This document shows, in pieces, positions 1 to 13,335 of a stretch of DNA of 64,000 nt. Location: NCBI GenBank assembly GCA_951406725.2, contig OX597830.1, positions 33,294,001 through 33,358,000 of the forward strand. Reading direction: 5' to 3'. Source of the stretch: Octopus vulgaris (Eukaryota). Position numbers and translations under genes: made by a program. Numbering within the stretch: position 1 is the stretch's first letter; each line of letters opens with the position of its first letter. A model generated the notes under the pieces. It did no database searches, had not been told where the DNA came from, and saw nothing but the letters and a program-made list of their open reading frames with translations.

Positions 1-165
1 TCATTCTATTGTTCCAGTCCTGAGTTGAATTCCGACTGTTGGCCAATTGGTCCCAAAGTTCTTATCTCAATGTAAAATTAATGAAGCGACATTCATTTAT
101 ATCCCTCCCTTGATCTCTGGCATCATCTGACAAATGCCAACCAAGATGGCATGAATCAGTCAGAA

Positions 166-579
166 ATGGCTGTGTGGTAAAACACTCAATGCCCAACTGC
201 ATGATTCCAGGTTCAGTCCCACTGTGTGGCACCTTAGGCAAATGTCTTCTACTATAGCCTCAGGCCAAGCAAACCCTCATGAGTCGATTTGGTATATGGA
301 AACTGAAAGAAGCCTGTCGTGTGTATATGTGTGTGTGTGCGTGTGTGTATCTAAGTGTGTGTGTCTTGGTGTCTGTATTTGTCCCCCACCAACTTGACAA
401 CCAGTGTTGGTGTGTTTATATCCCCATAACTTAGCAGTTCTACTAAAGAGTTCGATAGAATAAGTACTAAGCTTAACACATAAAAAGTACTGGGATCGAT
501 TTATTCAACTAAAATTCTTCAAGGCTGTGCCCCAGCATGGCCACAGTTTAATGACTGAAACAAGGAAAAGAATGAAAGA

Positions 580-580
<1 letters not shown>
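166..580 (+). mobile_element. SINE family A (tRNA-derived head, CORE-like block, central TG/TA microsatellite), diverged copy
   Basis: Head TGGCTGTGTGG (A box-like) and GGTTCAGTCCC (B box-like), ACCTTAGGCAAATGTCTT block, tail ATGACTGAAACAAG; matches about 20 other copies in the window. Confidence 0.8.
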
Positions 581-615
<35 letters not shown>

Positions 616-724
616 ATACATATATATGTGTGTATATATAAGTATATATTTATACGTATGTATATATGTATGTATATATGTACTTGTATATATATATATA
701 TATATATATATACATACATAGGTA

Positions 725-833
725 TAGAAGTGGTTGTGTGGTAAGAAGCTTGCTTTCCAACCACTTCTGTTAGTGACTTCTGCTATAGCCTTGGGCTGAA
801 TGGAAACTGAAAGCCCATCATATATATATATAT

Positions 834-904
<71 letters not shown>

Positions 905-1193
905 TACATATGTACATATTTGTGTGTCTTTGTTTGTCTCCCCCACTATCACTTAAAAACCGATGTTGGCATGTTTAGATCCCTGTAACTTAGCGGTTCG
1001 GCGAAAGGGACCAATAGAATAGGTACTAGGCTTTCAAAGGATAAGTCTTGGGGTCAATTTGTTCGACAAAAAAAGTGGTACTCCAGAATGGCCTCAGTTA
1101 AATGACTGAAACAAGTAAAAGAATAAAAGAATGCACCGTCCAACCCATGCCAGCATGGAAGGCGGATGCTAAACGATGATGATGATGATGATG
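725..1193 (+). mobile_element. SINE A copy with internal deletion and (GATA)n core, followed by a Meta-SINE tail fragment
   Basis: GTGGTTGTGTGGTAAGAAGCTTGC head, family tail to ~1130, then CCGTCCAACCCATGCCAGCATGG...(GAT)n. Confidence 0.75.
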
Positions 1194-1418
1194 ACACACA
1201 CTTAGACACGAATCTTTGTTTACTGAGAGTTTTTTAAAATACATAACAAAAATATGATAAACAAAAATTCTTGTCAAAAGCATGTACACACAACAAGTTT
1301 GAAGATAATTTTATTGACTGTTAATTTTATCATTAGACCGACTACATTTACTATATTTATATTTACGCCATGTTTCAATCAGTTTAACCTCTGGGACCAT
1401 TTACATAAGCAAGAATAA

Positions 1419-1464
1419 AACACCTGATGATGATCAGAGAGTAAGCCAATTGAAATGTTATGTC
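1419..1464 (+). ncRNA. Degenerate hammerhead motif, older relative of the 31.6/33.5 kb family
   Basis: AACAC-CTGATGA-TGATCAGAGAGTAAGCCAATT-GAAAT-GTT-ATGTC; colinear with 33482-33527, stems partly decayed. Confidence 0.45.
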
Positions 1465-2545
1465 AATATAAATATTGCAAATATGAGATGAGGTTAATAG
1501 CATGGAAAATTATAAAGTTAATAACTTAATAACCACATCTCATAATTTTAGATATTGAAATAAATGTTTTTGGTTAGATTTCCTGAGCCAAACATGATGA
1601 AAATTTTGGCATTGTTGTAAAGAATATATGCTCTAAAACGAAATTTACGCTAGTCTTTTACTTTCATAATTTATGAGGGGAATGTGTGTGTGTGTATGTG
1701 TATAAGTGTGTGTGTGTGTATGTGCCCTGTGGTGTTTGCATTCTGGTTATGAATCATCTTCATCATCATCGTCATCATCGTCATCACAGTCATTGCTGTC
1801 ATCATCGTCGTCATCGTCGTCATCATCATCATCATCATCTCTTCAACATCATCATCATCTTCATTTACTGGTCACAGTTATTGAACTGCAGCCGTGCCGA
1901 GTCACTGCTTTCAAAAGCGTTAGTTAATTATATTTGGACAAGTACTACGAGAGGGAACACTTCAGCAGCACTATTGCCACCTCCCCATCCCCCCAGGAAA
2001 AACAAGGTCCTACGGCCCCATTATAAACACAACCACAGCATACATAGATTTGCATTGGGTGCCTTAGTCCTGTGGTGCCCCTGGGTAAGGGACCAGTGTT
2101 CCCAAGCCTTAAGATGACACTGACCATGTGTGTGTGGTGCTTATTGTATCAATGATGCAAGGCGGAAAGGTAAAGTAAACTTGGAGTAAAGGGTTCACCA
2201 CAAGGTCCTATCATTCTGCCAGTGTCACCACCTCTTTTGTGGCCTCAAAATTTAAGAGGGTTCTCCATTGCTTTTAATACCCCTACCATGAAGCCATTTG
2301 ATCATAGACAAAAACAACAGCTAAATTGTTTTGAAATCACAACCTACTTACCTAAACCTGGAAGTGGTCTAAAAGGATTTTATTTTATGAGGGGAATGTG
2401 TGAATGTGTGTTTGTGCAAGTGTGCATGTGTGCATGTGTGAGTATGTGCAAGAGTGTGTGTGCATGTATGTGTGTCTACCTTGTAGTGTTTACATTCTGG
2501 TTACAAACCATATTCACCATCATCATCATCATCCTCATAGGCTAA

Positions 2546-2760
2546 TGGTTCTCAACCAGTGTCCATGTGACCTTGAAGGTCCATAAAAGATTTTATTGTT
2601 AAAATTTAAGTCTAATTAACTCGTTATACTTCTTCAATGCACAAAATATTTTAACAATTTTTTAATGCAATTCCTAATAAGATTTAATTATAAAAATATA
2701 ATAGGATCTTTGAAAATATTGAATGGCTATGAGGGTCCTACCGAATAAAATATTAACCAG
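2546..2760. mobile_element. hAT (Charlie-like) MITE remnant
   Basis: Starts TGGTTCTCAACCAG, like the CAGTRGTTCTCAA ends at 48114 and 42897. Confidence 0.45.
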
Positions 2761-2764
2761 GGCA

Positions 2765-2921
2765 CAAGAGTGGGTGTGTGGTAAGTAGCTTGCTTACCAG
2801 CTACATGATTCCGGGTTCAGTCCCACTGCATGGCACCTTGGGCAAGTGTCTTTTACTATAGCCTCGGCAGACCAAAACCTTGTAAGTGGATTTGGTAGTT
2901 GGAAACTGAAAGAAGCTCATC

Positions 2922-2960
<39 letters not shown>

Positions 2961-3085
2961 CGTTTGTGTGTTTGTATTTGTCCCCCACTATCGTTTGACA
3001 TCTAATGGTGGCATGTCTACATCCCCATAACTTACCGGTTGAGCAAAAGAGACTCATAGAATAAGTACTAGGCTTACAAAAAATA
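2765..3085 (+). mobile_element. SINE A, 3'-truncated
   Basis: Head plus central (TA)n plus part of the tail. Confidence 0.8.
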
Positions 3086-3545
3086 AAGGTGGTGCCCCAG
3101 TTTTCATGGCATATAAGCAACTGGGATTACAAGACTTCTCACTAAACTTGAAGCTGGTGTGTTGCAAGATTAACTTTCCAGCTATTTGTTGAAACTCAAT
3201 TAAACCAAGCAGACTGGTGCAAGATGAAATGAAGTGCTTTTCTCAAGAATAAACAGCACCACTTGGTCCAGGAATTGGACTCACAATCGTAAAATTCGGA
3301 ATTCACCCTATATTCTTGGCTGCATGCCTTCACAATATAGTCTTAGATATCTCTAAAACAACGGGGTGTTCATAACTAGATTCGTTTTTATTATTGCTGG
3401 TCTGGGTTAGCATAGATGTGTACAACTGATAATAGTTTTCTTTCACTCTATCACCTTGAGCAATTCTCTCATTAGTGATAGTATCTACTCTAATATAACC
3501 GTCCATAATTTTACTAATACTAATTGCTATACATATATCTATCTG

Positions 3546-3666
<121 letters not shown>

Positions 3667-3828
3667 GGGTAGGAGTGGCTGTGTGGTAAGTAGATTGCTT
3701 ACCAACTCCATGGTTCTGGGTTCAGTCCTACTGTGTGGCACCTTGGGCAAGTGTCTGTTACTATAGCCTGGGGTCAACCAAATCCTTGTGAGTGGATTTG
3801 GTAGACAGAAACTGAAAGAAGCCCTTTG

Positions 3829-3859
<31 letters not shown>

Positions 3860-4067
3860 TATTTATATATATGTATATGTATGTCTGGCTGTGTTTGTCC
3901 CTTGATATCTGATGTTGTTGTGTTTATGTCTCCATAACTTAGCGGTTCAGTAAGAGAGTTCGGTATAGAATAAGTACTAGGCTTACAAAGAATAAGTCTT
4001 GGGGTCAACTTGTTGGACCCCAAGCTCCAGCAAGGCTGCAGTTAAATGACTGAAACAAATAAAAGAA
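3667..4067 (+). mobile_element. SINE A next to (CTAT)n(TA)n microsatellite
   Basis: GGAGTGGCTGTGTGGTAAGTAG...TGACTGAAACAAATAAAAGAAT. Confidence 0.85.
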
Positions 4068-4174
4068 TATATATATACACATACATACATATATATATGT
4101 ATATATACCTATACATATCTATCTATGTGTGTGTATATATATGTATGTATGTATGTATATATATGTACACATCG

Positions 4175-4218
<44 letters not shown>

Positions 4219-5061
4219 TGCTAATAGAACTACTAATATCACTAGTAAGTCCACTATAGTCACTGTCACCAATAACCATCACTAAGACCTCCGGTACTAT
4301 CACCTGTGAGAACCACTTCCATTAGCATGCAACACTTCTATCTTTACCACTATCAGAACCTCCACCAGCACTACAACAAACATTTCTACCACCAACACCA
4401 CGGCCAACTCCACCAACCACCACCACCACCGCCATGGTCACTTTTGCCACTGCCACCACTGCCACCAGCCAGCACCGCCAATGCCAATACCACTGTGATG
4501 TGTTAGCATGTTAAGATTCCTTGAAGCCAATTTAGTGTAAGTCATTGAACAAAGCTTATATTATGACAATACGCTTCAGCAACTTTCTCATTCACGCTGA
4601 GAAAAGTACTGCATTAGTGATGGCGGTGGCGGTGGTGCTGGTTGTGGTACTGGTGGTGGTGGAGGTAGTGGCTGAAGTGTGTTTTATAGTGGTAGGAATG
4701 TAATGCACTGCCTTAGTTGATGTCGGGAATGCATTCCTTGTACATGTAGTTTGTGGTGATTGTGATGATCTGTTTGTAACAGATTGGATACTGTGTGGTG
4801 TTGGTGGTGATAATGGTTGGGAGAAGAGAAAGTGTTGTTGCTATACTGCTATGTCTAAACATTGGGTGATGAACTGGAAGTAATTATTATATACATATAC
4901 ATACATACAGTTCATAGACGAGATCCAGATGTTCTTCGGTTAGAATACAGTTAGTAGTGCTCAAAAATAGTCAAACTTGAGCAGGTACAGAGGCAAATAT
5001 GGAGATAAACAATTTAGAAAAATCAATAAAAAAGACATGTTAAATAAGTACAAAATATGTA

Positions 5062-5558
5062 TAGGAGTGGCTCTGTGGTAAGTAGCTTGCTTACCAACCA
5101 CATGGTTCCGAGTTCAGTCCCACTGTGTGGCACCTTGGGCTGACCGAAGCCTTGTGAGTGGATTTGGTAGACGGAAACTGAAAGAAGGTCATCATATGTG
5201 TGTGTGTCTGCGTGTGTGTGTGTGTATTTTTGTGTGTCTGCATTTGTCCCCCCACCATTGCTTGACAACCATTGCTGAGCCGCTAAGTTATGGGGACGTC
5301 AACACACTACAATCAGTTGTCAAGCGATGTTGGGGGGACAAACACAGACACACAAACATATACACACATATACATATAGATATATCTACATATATACGAC
5401 GGGCTTCTTTCAGTTTCCATCTACCAAATTCACTCACAAGGCTTTGGTCAGCCTGAGGCTATAGTAGAAGGCACTTGCCCAAGGTGCCATGCAGTGGGAA
5501 TGAACCTGGAACCAAGTGGTTGGTAAGCAAGCTACGTACCACACAGCCACTCCTGCAC
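5062..5558. mobile_element. Two truncated SINE A copies fused in inverted orientation
   Basis: + copy 5062-~5272 abuts - copy ~5275-5558. Confidence 0.8.
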
Positions 5559-6042
5559 TTATATGCACATATCCTTATAGATACATGCATATATAAATTA
5601 TGAACACACACACACACTCACACAAATCCCACATCATCATCATTATCATCATCTCCAACATCATTTAATGTCTGTTCTTCAGGATGAGCATGGTTGGGTG
5701 GTACAAAATAAGTTTGGTGAGAGCCAGAGGACTGCACTAAACCCCGGTTGCCCTTCCTAATATCAACCACTTCAAAAAGCGTACTGGGTACTTTTTACTA
5801 GGTACCAGCTCTAACAATGTCATCAAATAACAACACCCTGCTCAAATGAGAGCAAAGTATTGACAGGGGTAGGGTGGGGTTACAGTTTCATGTCAGGTGA
5901 TGAAATATATATATGAGATATTTCTGTATATAAATATACATACATACATACATAAATATATATTGGATCAATCATTGTCATAACTGATGGAGTATTAATC
6001 TGTGTGTGTGTGTGTGTGTGTATGTATGTGTGTGTGTGTGCA

Positions 6043-6424
6043 TGTGGTAAGTAGCTTGCTAACCAACCACATGGTTCCGGGTTCAGTCCCACTGCGTGGC
6101 ATCTTGGGCAAGTGTCTTCTGCTATAGCCCCAGGCCGACCAATGCCTTGTGAGTGGATTTGGTAGATGGAAACTGAAAGAAGCCTGTCGTATATATGTGT
6201 ATATATATATGTATGTGTGTCTGTGTTTGTCCCCCTAGCATTGCTTGACAACCGATGCTGGTGTGTTTACGTCCCCGCTACTTAGTGGTTCGGCAAAAGA
6301 GCCCGATAGAATAAGTACTGGGCTTACAAAGAATAAGTTCTGGGGTCGATTTGCTCGACTAAAGGCGGTGCTCCAGCATGGCTGCAGTCAAATGACTGAA
6401 ACAAGTAAAAGAGAGTAAAAGAGT
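6043..6424 (+). mobile_element. SINE A, young near-complete copy
   Basis: Near-identical reverse complement of 53335-53731 and 34280-34682; ends AAGTAAAAGAGAGTAAAAGAG. Confidence 0.9.
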
Positions 6425-6961
6425 ATATGTATGTATATATATACTGATGTCACTATTTATATATCAGGGTAGACACATACATACATATATGCATACACAC
6501 TCACACACACATATATGAAAAGGTTTAACAAAAGCTCTCACACACTAGAAAAATCTTCTCCTCAGAAAATGTTAGTAACATCCTCATAAAAAGATTTCAT
6601 AACATCTTTTTAAAAAATAATTTTGTAAAAATAAACACCTTTACAGTGCAAAAACTTTACTAAGTAATCCTCAACCTCAAGGGTATGCCCTGGCACTTGC
6701 CAACATCTACATTCCTCTCTTCCTTTAGTCAACCATCCTATTTATATTCTGATCCCCGTCCCTTGTGAGTAAGCCCAGTATTTTGCCACCATCTCTATCC
6801 TGCTGCCTCCCACTCTCTCTCTCTCCTCCAGCACTTCTCTCAGCTTGGGAAGTCATGTATTCCCTTTGCAGTAGTGCACTTGTTTCTTTCTTCATTCCTG
6901 ATCTCTCTCTCTCTCTCTCTTTCTGGCTGAGTAACCTTGTACTTCTTCTACAGCGAGACAC

Positions 6962-7362
6962 TTGTTTCTGTCTCTCTGTCTCACTATGACCTTTCATCAT
7001 CTGACACAAGATCACCTCCTCCAATGCCCCGCCTCCTCACAAATAATTTTTGTCTTGCAAGTTACTTGGCGACCCTATCAGTGCAGGTGCCACTTAAAAG
7101 CATCCAGTCCACACTGTAAAATGGTTGGTGCTAGGAATAGCATCCAGCTGTAAAAACCTTGCCAAAACCGACCTCGCATGTGCATGTGCCATGTAAAAAG
7201 CACTGCTGAGCGGTTGGTGCTAGGAAGGGCATCCAGTTGTAAAAGTCCTGCCAAAACAGTTACAGAAGTCTGGTGCAGGCTTCTGCCTGGCCAGCTCTTG
7301 GGAAACCATTCCACTCATGCTAGCATGGAAGGTGGATGTTAAATGATGATGATGATGATGAT
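6962..7362 (+). mobile_element. Meta-domain SINE (family C) with duplicated core
   Basis: GGTTGGTGCTAGGAA(T/G)(A/G)GCATCCAG occurs twice; ends GATGTTAAATGATGATGATG. Confidence 0.75.
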
Positions 7363-7659
7363 GTATCTCATAATGTATGAACTGGAAAAAGAAAAGGGAT
7401 ATAACACAAGATACTTCTAAGATGGAAACTAAGACACATTACAGACTTTCCTCTCTTTCTATCACTATATCCCTCTCTCTCTCTCTTTCCTCTCTCCTCT
7501 GTGACTTTAAATTATTCTGAGGCTTTCGTCTCCCCACCTCTATCTCTCTACTCCACCTTTTCCTCACTACCGAGAAAAAAAATACAAAGCAAAAAAAAAT
7601 GCATCATAGTTAATTCTTAAACCTTCCAAATGGTACAGATCAACTAATTTCAAATTCTC

Positions 7660-7723
7660 AGTTATGTTGTACTGATGAGCACAAAATGAGGCAGAAATAG
7701 TGCTATCCACAACTACTATAACT
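7660..7723 (+). ncRNA. Minimal type I hammerhead ribozyme motif
   Basis: Helix I GTTGT/ACAAC (extends AGTTAT/ATAACT); CTGATGA 7672-7678; short helix II; GAAA 7694-7697; helix III TAG-TG-CTA; AUC triplet ending 7707. Confidence 0.6.
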
Positions 7724-7991
7724 ACAGGAGTATATGACAAATGGATTTTATGGAAATATGGAAACATAACATACTCTTTCATTCATAGGAAAAAGACTTC
7801 TCAAGATAAGAAAAAGAAAACAAGACAAAAGATAAAATATAAACCTTGAAGAGGTTCTCTCCCCTTAAGGAGTATATTCACCCTCTCTATCATTTCATAA
7901 TAATCACTCTCTCTCCCCACTCTTCTCCATCTCTCTCACTCCATAAGCAACTATATGCTGCAGGAGCTGTAGTTCAGTTAAATAACCATTT

Positions 7992-8040
<49 letters not shown>

Positions 8041-8142
8041 CATATGTATATTTACACACATATATATAATATATATGTGTATATATACACATATATATAA
8101 ATACATACAAATATATGTACACGCATATATATATATATATAT

Positions 8143-8495
8143 ATCATCATCATCATCATCATCATCATCGTTTAACGTCCGCTTCCAATACTAGCGTGGC
8201 TTGGACGATTTGACTGAGGACTGTTGAACCAGATGGCTGCACCAGGCTCCAATCTTGATCTGGCAGAGTTCCTACAGCTGGATGCCCTTCCTAATGCCAA
8301 CCACTCCGAGGGTGTAGTGGGTGCTTCTACGTCCCACCGGCACGAGGGCCAGTCAGGCGGTACTGGCAATGGCCATGCGCAAATGTTGTCTTTTTTACGT
8401 GCTACATGCACAGGAGCCAGTCCGGGGCTACAAGCAATGACTTCACTCAAATGTATTTTCATGTGCCACCGGCACAAGTGCCAGTAAGGCGACCC
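8143..8495 (-). mobile_element. Meta-domain SINE (family C)
   Basis: (CAT)n-CGTTTAACGTCCG...CTACAGCTGGATGCCCTTCCTAATGCCAACCAC. Confidence 0.85.
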
Positions 8496-9424
8496 CTTAC
8501 TTGAGAAGCCAATCAAGGTTTGGCACCATGAAGAGTATCCAAACTATAAAATCCTGTCTGGAATAAGTTCTCATCTAACCAAAAGTAGTATCAGAAAATG
8601 GATGCCAAATGAATAAGTCTACAAATAAATATGGCTGGATGCATATTCATCTATATATATATATATATATATCTATATGTATAATAACATACATACACAC
8701 ACATATATATATATGTATATATATGCACACACGTATATATATGTGTGCATGTGTGTGTGTTATGTTTATACTTGTGTTTGTGCATATGTATGTGTGTAAA
8801 AGTTTCATTTCATTATACTATATGCATATATTCACCCGTTATATATCACTGTGTAATTTAGTATTCATGTACAATGATCATAAATCAAACTCAATGTTTA
8901 TTGGTTAAAGAAGTGAAAACAAGATGATAAAAAAAAAAAATACCGAAGAAAGAAACAAGGCAAAAGCTAATAATATGAACATTTGAAGTCAGTTGTGGTG
9001 TTCATCTAAGGAGGGTCACTTGAAAAGAGATTGATAACGAGTGAGAAAGAAAGAACGAAAGATATCGGAAAAAATAAACTGAGTATTATTAAAAAGAAGT
9101 AAAGATGAAAGCGTTTAAGCTATAAGACAGAGCATAATTAAGACGATGTTATATATAAATACATAAATAACATAATTACAAAGCCTATCTTTCCTCAAAT
9201 AAAAGAGAAAAATTAAAATCTATACAAGAACAATTATATACTCAGAGCTGACAGTGTTTATGGTCTCAAAAAATATTACAGTATATATATAATATATATG
9301 TATATATTCATACGTATTCATATGTATCACAATCATCCTCATCACCCTCATCACCATCCTCCTCTTCCTCCTCCTCCTCCTCCTCCTCCTCGTCGTCGTC
9401 CTGTGTGTGTAGCCTTTTATTGTT

Positions 9425-9632
9425 TTATTCTTTTCCTTGTTTCAGTCATTTTACTGTGATCATGCTGGAGCAGCACCTTTTAGTCGAGCAAATCAACCCC
9501 AGGACTTATTCTTTGTAAGCCTAGTACTTATTCTTATTCTATCGGTCTCTTTTACTGAACAGCTAAGTTACGGGGAAGAAAACATACCAGCATCGGTTGT
9601 CAAGTGATGTTGGGGAGACAAAGAGACAGAAG

Positions 9633-9663
<31 letters not shown>

Positions 9664-9825
9664 ATGGGTTTCATACAGTTTCTGTCTATCAAATCCACTC
9701 ACAAAACTTTGATTGTCCCAAGGCTATAGTAGAAGACACTTGCCCAAGGTGCCCTGCAGTGGGACTGAACCCCAGAACCATGTGGTTAGTAAGCAAGCTA
9801 CTTACCACACAGCCACTCCTGCACC
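9425..9825 (-). mobile_element. SINE A
   Basis: Reverse complement of full family consensus. Confidence 0.85.
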
Positions 9826-9827
9826 TA

Positions 9828-9859
<32 letters not shown>

Positions 9860-9976
9860 AGTATGTATCATCATCATCATCATCGTTTAACGTCCGCTTT
9901 CCATGCTAGCATGGGTTGGACCATGTATATATATGTATATATATGTATATATATATAGCAACATCACCATTATTAT

Positions 9977-10610
9977 AGGTGCAGCTGTGAGGTAAGAAGT
10001 TTGCTTCACAACTACCTGTTTCTGGGTTCAGTCCCATTGCATGGTACCTTGGGCAAATGTCTTCTACTATAGCCTCAGGCTGACCAGTGCCTTGAGAATG
10101 GGTTAAAATGCAAAGGTAAAGTTACGTTTTTGACTTGTACAAATTCATAAGGGCCAGTTTCCTGGTTTTATGGCGTATATATACCCCACCTGGATGGGAG
10201 GCTAGCCCATCACAGGATTACTCTCTTTTGCCAGCTGAGTGGACTGGAGCAATGTGAAATGAAGTGTTTTGCTCAAGAACACAATGCATTGTTGGGTCCA
10301 GGAATCGAGACCAGTCTTGTGATCATGAGTCCAACACCCTCAGCACTAAGCCACACACCTCCAATATGTAAGTGGAATTGGTAGATGGAAACTGTTAGAA
10401 GCCTGATGTATATATATATATATATGTGTGAGTGTGAGTGTGTGTGTTTGTATGTATTTGTGTTTGTCCCTTGCCATCGCTTGACAGCTGGTGTTGATGT
10501 GTTTACATCCCTGTAACTTAGCACTTCAGCAAAAAGAGACTAATGGGATACGTATCAGACTGTAAAAGAAAAAATAAGCATTGAGGTTGATTCATTCGAC
10601 TAAAAATTTT
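9977..10610 (+). mobile_element. SINE A interrupted by a minus-strand tRNA-headed SINE (~10150-10362)
   Basis: SINE A head 9977-10095 resumes at GTGGAATTGGTAGATGGAAACTG (~10372); insert has GGAATCGA B box complement and GCTCAAGAACAC block shared with 24590. Confidence 0.7.
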
Positions 10611-11036
10611 TCTTTGCAGAATTCAGTATGGCCATTAACAAAGCATCAAGGGTTTGTTTTCTTTTATTTTTGTATGAAGATCAGATCTAAGGATTTGTCA
10701 ACATGTAAATGTGTCAACTTCTACATATATGATATGCATACTTTTACTTACAAACACATTTTAAATGTACACAGCGCTTTTGGAGTAGGTGTGGTAGAAT
10801 TTTATGTATATGTGTGTATGCTATAGACACATATATCAGGGGTACCAAAACGTAATGTGGTATCTTCAAGCAAAGACGTACTCACAAGCGTACGTACTCA
10901 TTAGTTTACGATGCATATTCATTTTAACTCTTTTAAATGAAACATTCATATTTGCTGGTCAATATTTATGTTTGTGTGAATGTTTATGTGTATATGTGTG
11001 TGTTTGTGTGTGTATACATGTATATATATATATATA

Positions 11037-11926
11037 CTAGCAGTATCGCCCGGCGTTGCTCAGGTTTGTAAGGGAAATAACTATAAAGCATTTTTAGAGA
11101 GTTATAGCCAAAAAATAGCCAAAAAATGCATTAAAAATGTAAAAAAAATTATAGTAAATTTTTTTTAAATCCTTGACTCATCGTAGACATTTTTAGAGAG
11201 TTACTTCCCTTATATAATAGCAAAAAACAATGCATTAAAATGGAAAAAAATTATGGTAAATTATTTTTTAAATCGTAGACTCATCGTAGACGCATGCTAA
11301 TACCCAGAAGGGCTCGATATGAATCACGACTATAAGATACTTGGTTAAACTGCACCGCAAAATGTGGGAGTAGTTAGGAATCTAAATCGTAGGAGACAGA
11401 CACACAACTTCACTTTTATATATAAAGATTTGTGCAACAACTAAAACATTCGGTTGTGCAAATTGTTTGCACAGGAAACCTGCCCTGTGTGGCGGTTTTT
11501 GCCGTTTTTGTGGATCTGTTTCAGCTCTTTTAGCGATTTCTGTTTTGGCGACTTCAAGCCATGAAGTCGTTGTTCTAAAAGAACGCGGGTCTCCTTGACA
11601 ACGCTTTACGACGTTGATTTCTTTACACTCCCTTCCCCACAGCTTCACGAGGGAGGGAAGAAGGGGGGGAAGCAACACAGGTGCAGGTGTGAGCATGGAC
11701 GCCGACTCCGCCGCCATCGACACACGAAAAAATATGCGTTAAAATGGAAAAAAATTATGGTAAATTATTTTTAAAATTGTAGACTCATCGTTGATGCGCG
11801 CTAATACCCAGACAGGCTTGATATGAATCACGACTATAAGATACCCGAATTTGGTTAAACTGCACCGCAAAATGTGGGAGTAGTTAGGAATCTAAATCGT
11901 AGGAGACAGACACTCACACAACTTCA

Positions 11927-11940
<14 letters not shown>
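11037..11940 (-). mobile_element. Composite non-autonomous Helitron: one 3' end, two 5' modules
   Basis: CTAG end at 11037-11040 with subterminal hairpin; 5' module ends at 11428 (TC on -) and again near 11940; homologous to 12353-12865. Confidence 0.8.
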
Positions 11941-11986
<46 letters not shown>

Positions 11987-12059
11987 TATATACATACACA
12001 TATATATATATATATATATATGCAGTATGCATTTGTACATGTATGTATGCTTGTAGTCT

Positions 12060-12960
12060 GATGCAACACCATAAGAAGGTCTGCATCAAAGCATCAGGAA
12101 TTTCTCCTTGGGGCTTAATAGACCTTGGTCCATTGTGCAAGATCATCTCAAACAGATCGTGAAAGAGTATAGGGAATCGGAGTGGATACAAGACAAATGG
12201 AATCAGTTTACAAAATGATAATGCAAGGTCACATTCATTAAAGATAACCCTTGAAAAGATAAATTTATTAGGCTAGGGAGCTCAATATCTCTCTTCCTGC
12301 TCATCGAACCTAAAGCCATCAGATTTTCGCTTATTTGGGTCACTTGAAGTCATCTATATATATAAAACTGTAGTTGTGTGAGTGTCTGTCCCCTTCGATT
12401 TAGATTCCTAACTACTCCCACATTTTGCGGTGCAGTTTAACCAAATTCGGGTATCTTATAGTCGTGATTCATATCGAGCCCGTCTGAGTATTAATGCGCA
12501 TCTACGATGAGTCTACGATTTTAAAAATAATTTAACATCCTTTTTTATTCCATTTTAATGCATAATTTTTCGTGTGTCGATGGCGGCGGATTTGGCGTCC
12601 ATGGTCACACCTGCACCTGTTTGCTTCTCCCCCTTCTTCCCTCCCTTGTGAAGCTGTGGGGAAGGGAGGGTAAGGAAATCAACGTCGTAAAGCGTTGTCA
12701 AGGAGACCAGCGTTCTTTTAGAACAACGACTTCATGGCTTGAAGACACCAAAACAGAAATGGCTAAGAAAGCCTGAATTGGCATCTATAAGGGAAGTAAC
12801 TCTCTAAAAATGCTTATATAGTTATTTCCCTTACAAACCCGAGCAACGCCAGGCGATACTGCTAGTTAGAAATAAAAAGACGTTGAGAAGCAGGGATGGT
12901 GTCAAAACAGAACTCTAGACACTTTTCTCTACTGTACCACCTCATTTTTCTCTACCCGAG
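12060..12960 (+). pseudogene. Mariner transposase C-terminal relic split by a Helitron
   Basis: Reads QNDNARSHSLKITLEKINLLG*...SNLKPSDFRLFGSL, matching mariner DNARPH...YSPDLAPSDFHLF; resumes after 12866. Confidence 0.65.
12353..12865 (+). mobile_element. Non-autonomous Helitron
   Basis: A|TC start, CCCGAGCAACGCCAGGC hairpin, CTAG|T end, no TSD. Confidence 0.88.
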
Positions 12961-13109
12961 GAATAAGAAAACTGTTTTCTCTGTGGGAAATTGCTATTGC
13001 TAATGATGGCTATTATGTTTTAGATGAGGGAGTATATTCACGATATATTTTATGCTGATTTAAGCTAATTACATGAAATGCAACATTACTTTTTGGTGTC
13101 CGATAACCA

Positions 13110-13335
13110 AGGTGCCACATAAAAAGCAGCTGTGATGGTGGCACATGAAAAGCACCCAGCACACTCTGTGAAGTGTTTGGCATTGGGAAGGGCATCCAGC
13201 TGTTGAAAACAAATGGAATTAGGCTGAGGAACTTGTTACAGCCCTTAGCTGTGCCAGTTCCTGTTAAGTCATCCAGCCAATGCCAGCATGGAAAATGGAT
13301 GTTAAATGTTGTTGTTGAAGATGATGAAGATGATG
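13110..13335 (+). mobile_element. Meta-domain SINE (family C)
   Basis: TTGGCATTGGGAAGGGCATCCAGCTG...GGATGTTAAATG. Confidence 0.75.

Noticed and set aside
11382-12776. Recurrent ORF LLPSLVKLWGRE...
   Set aside because: Internal sequence of a non-autonomous Helitron; starts and stops vary among copies and there is no Rep/helicase motif.
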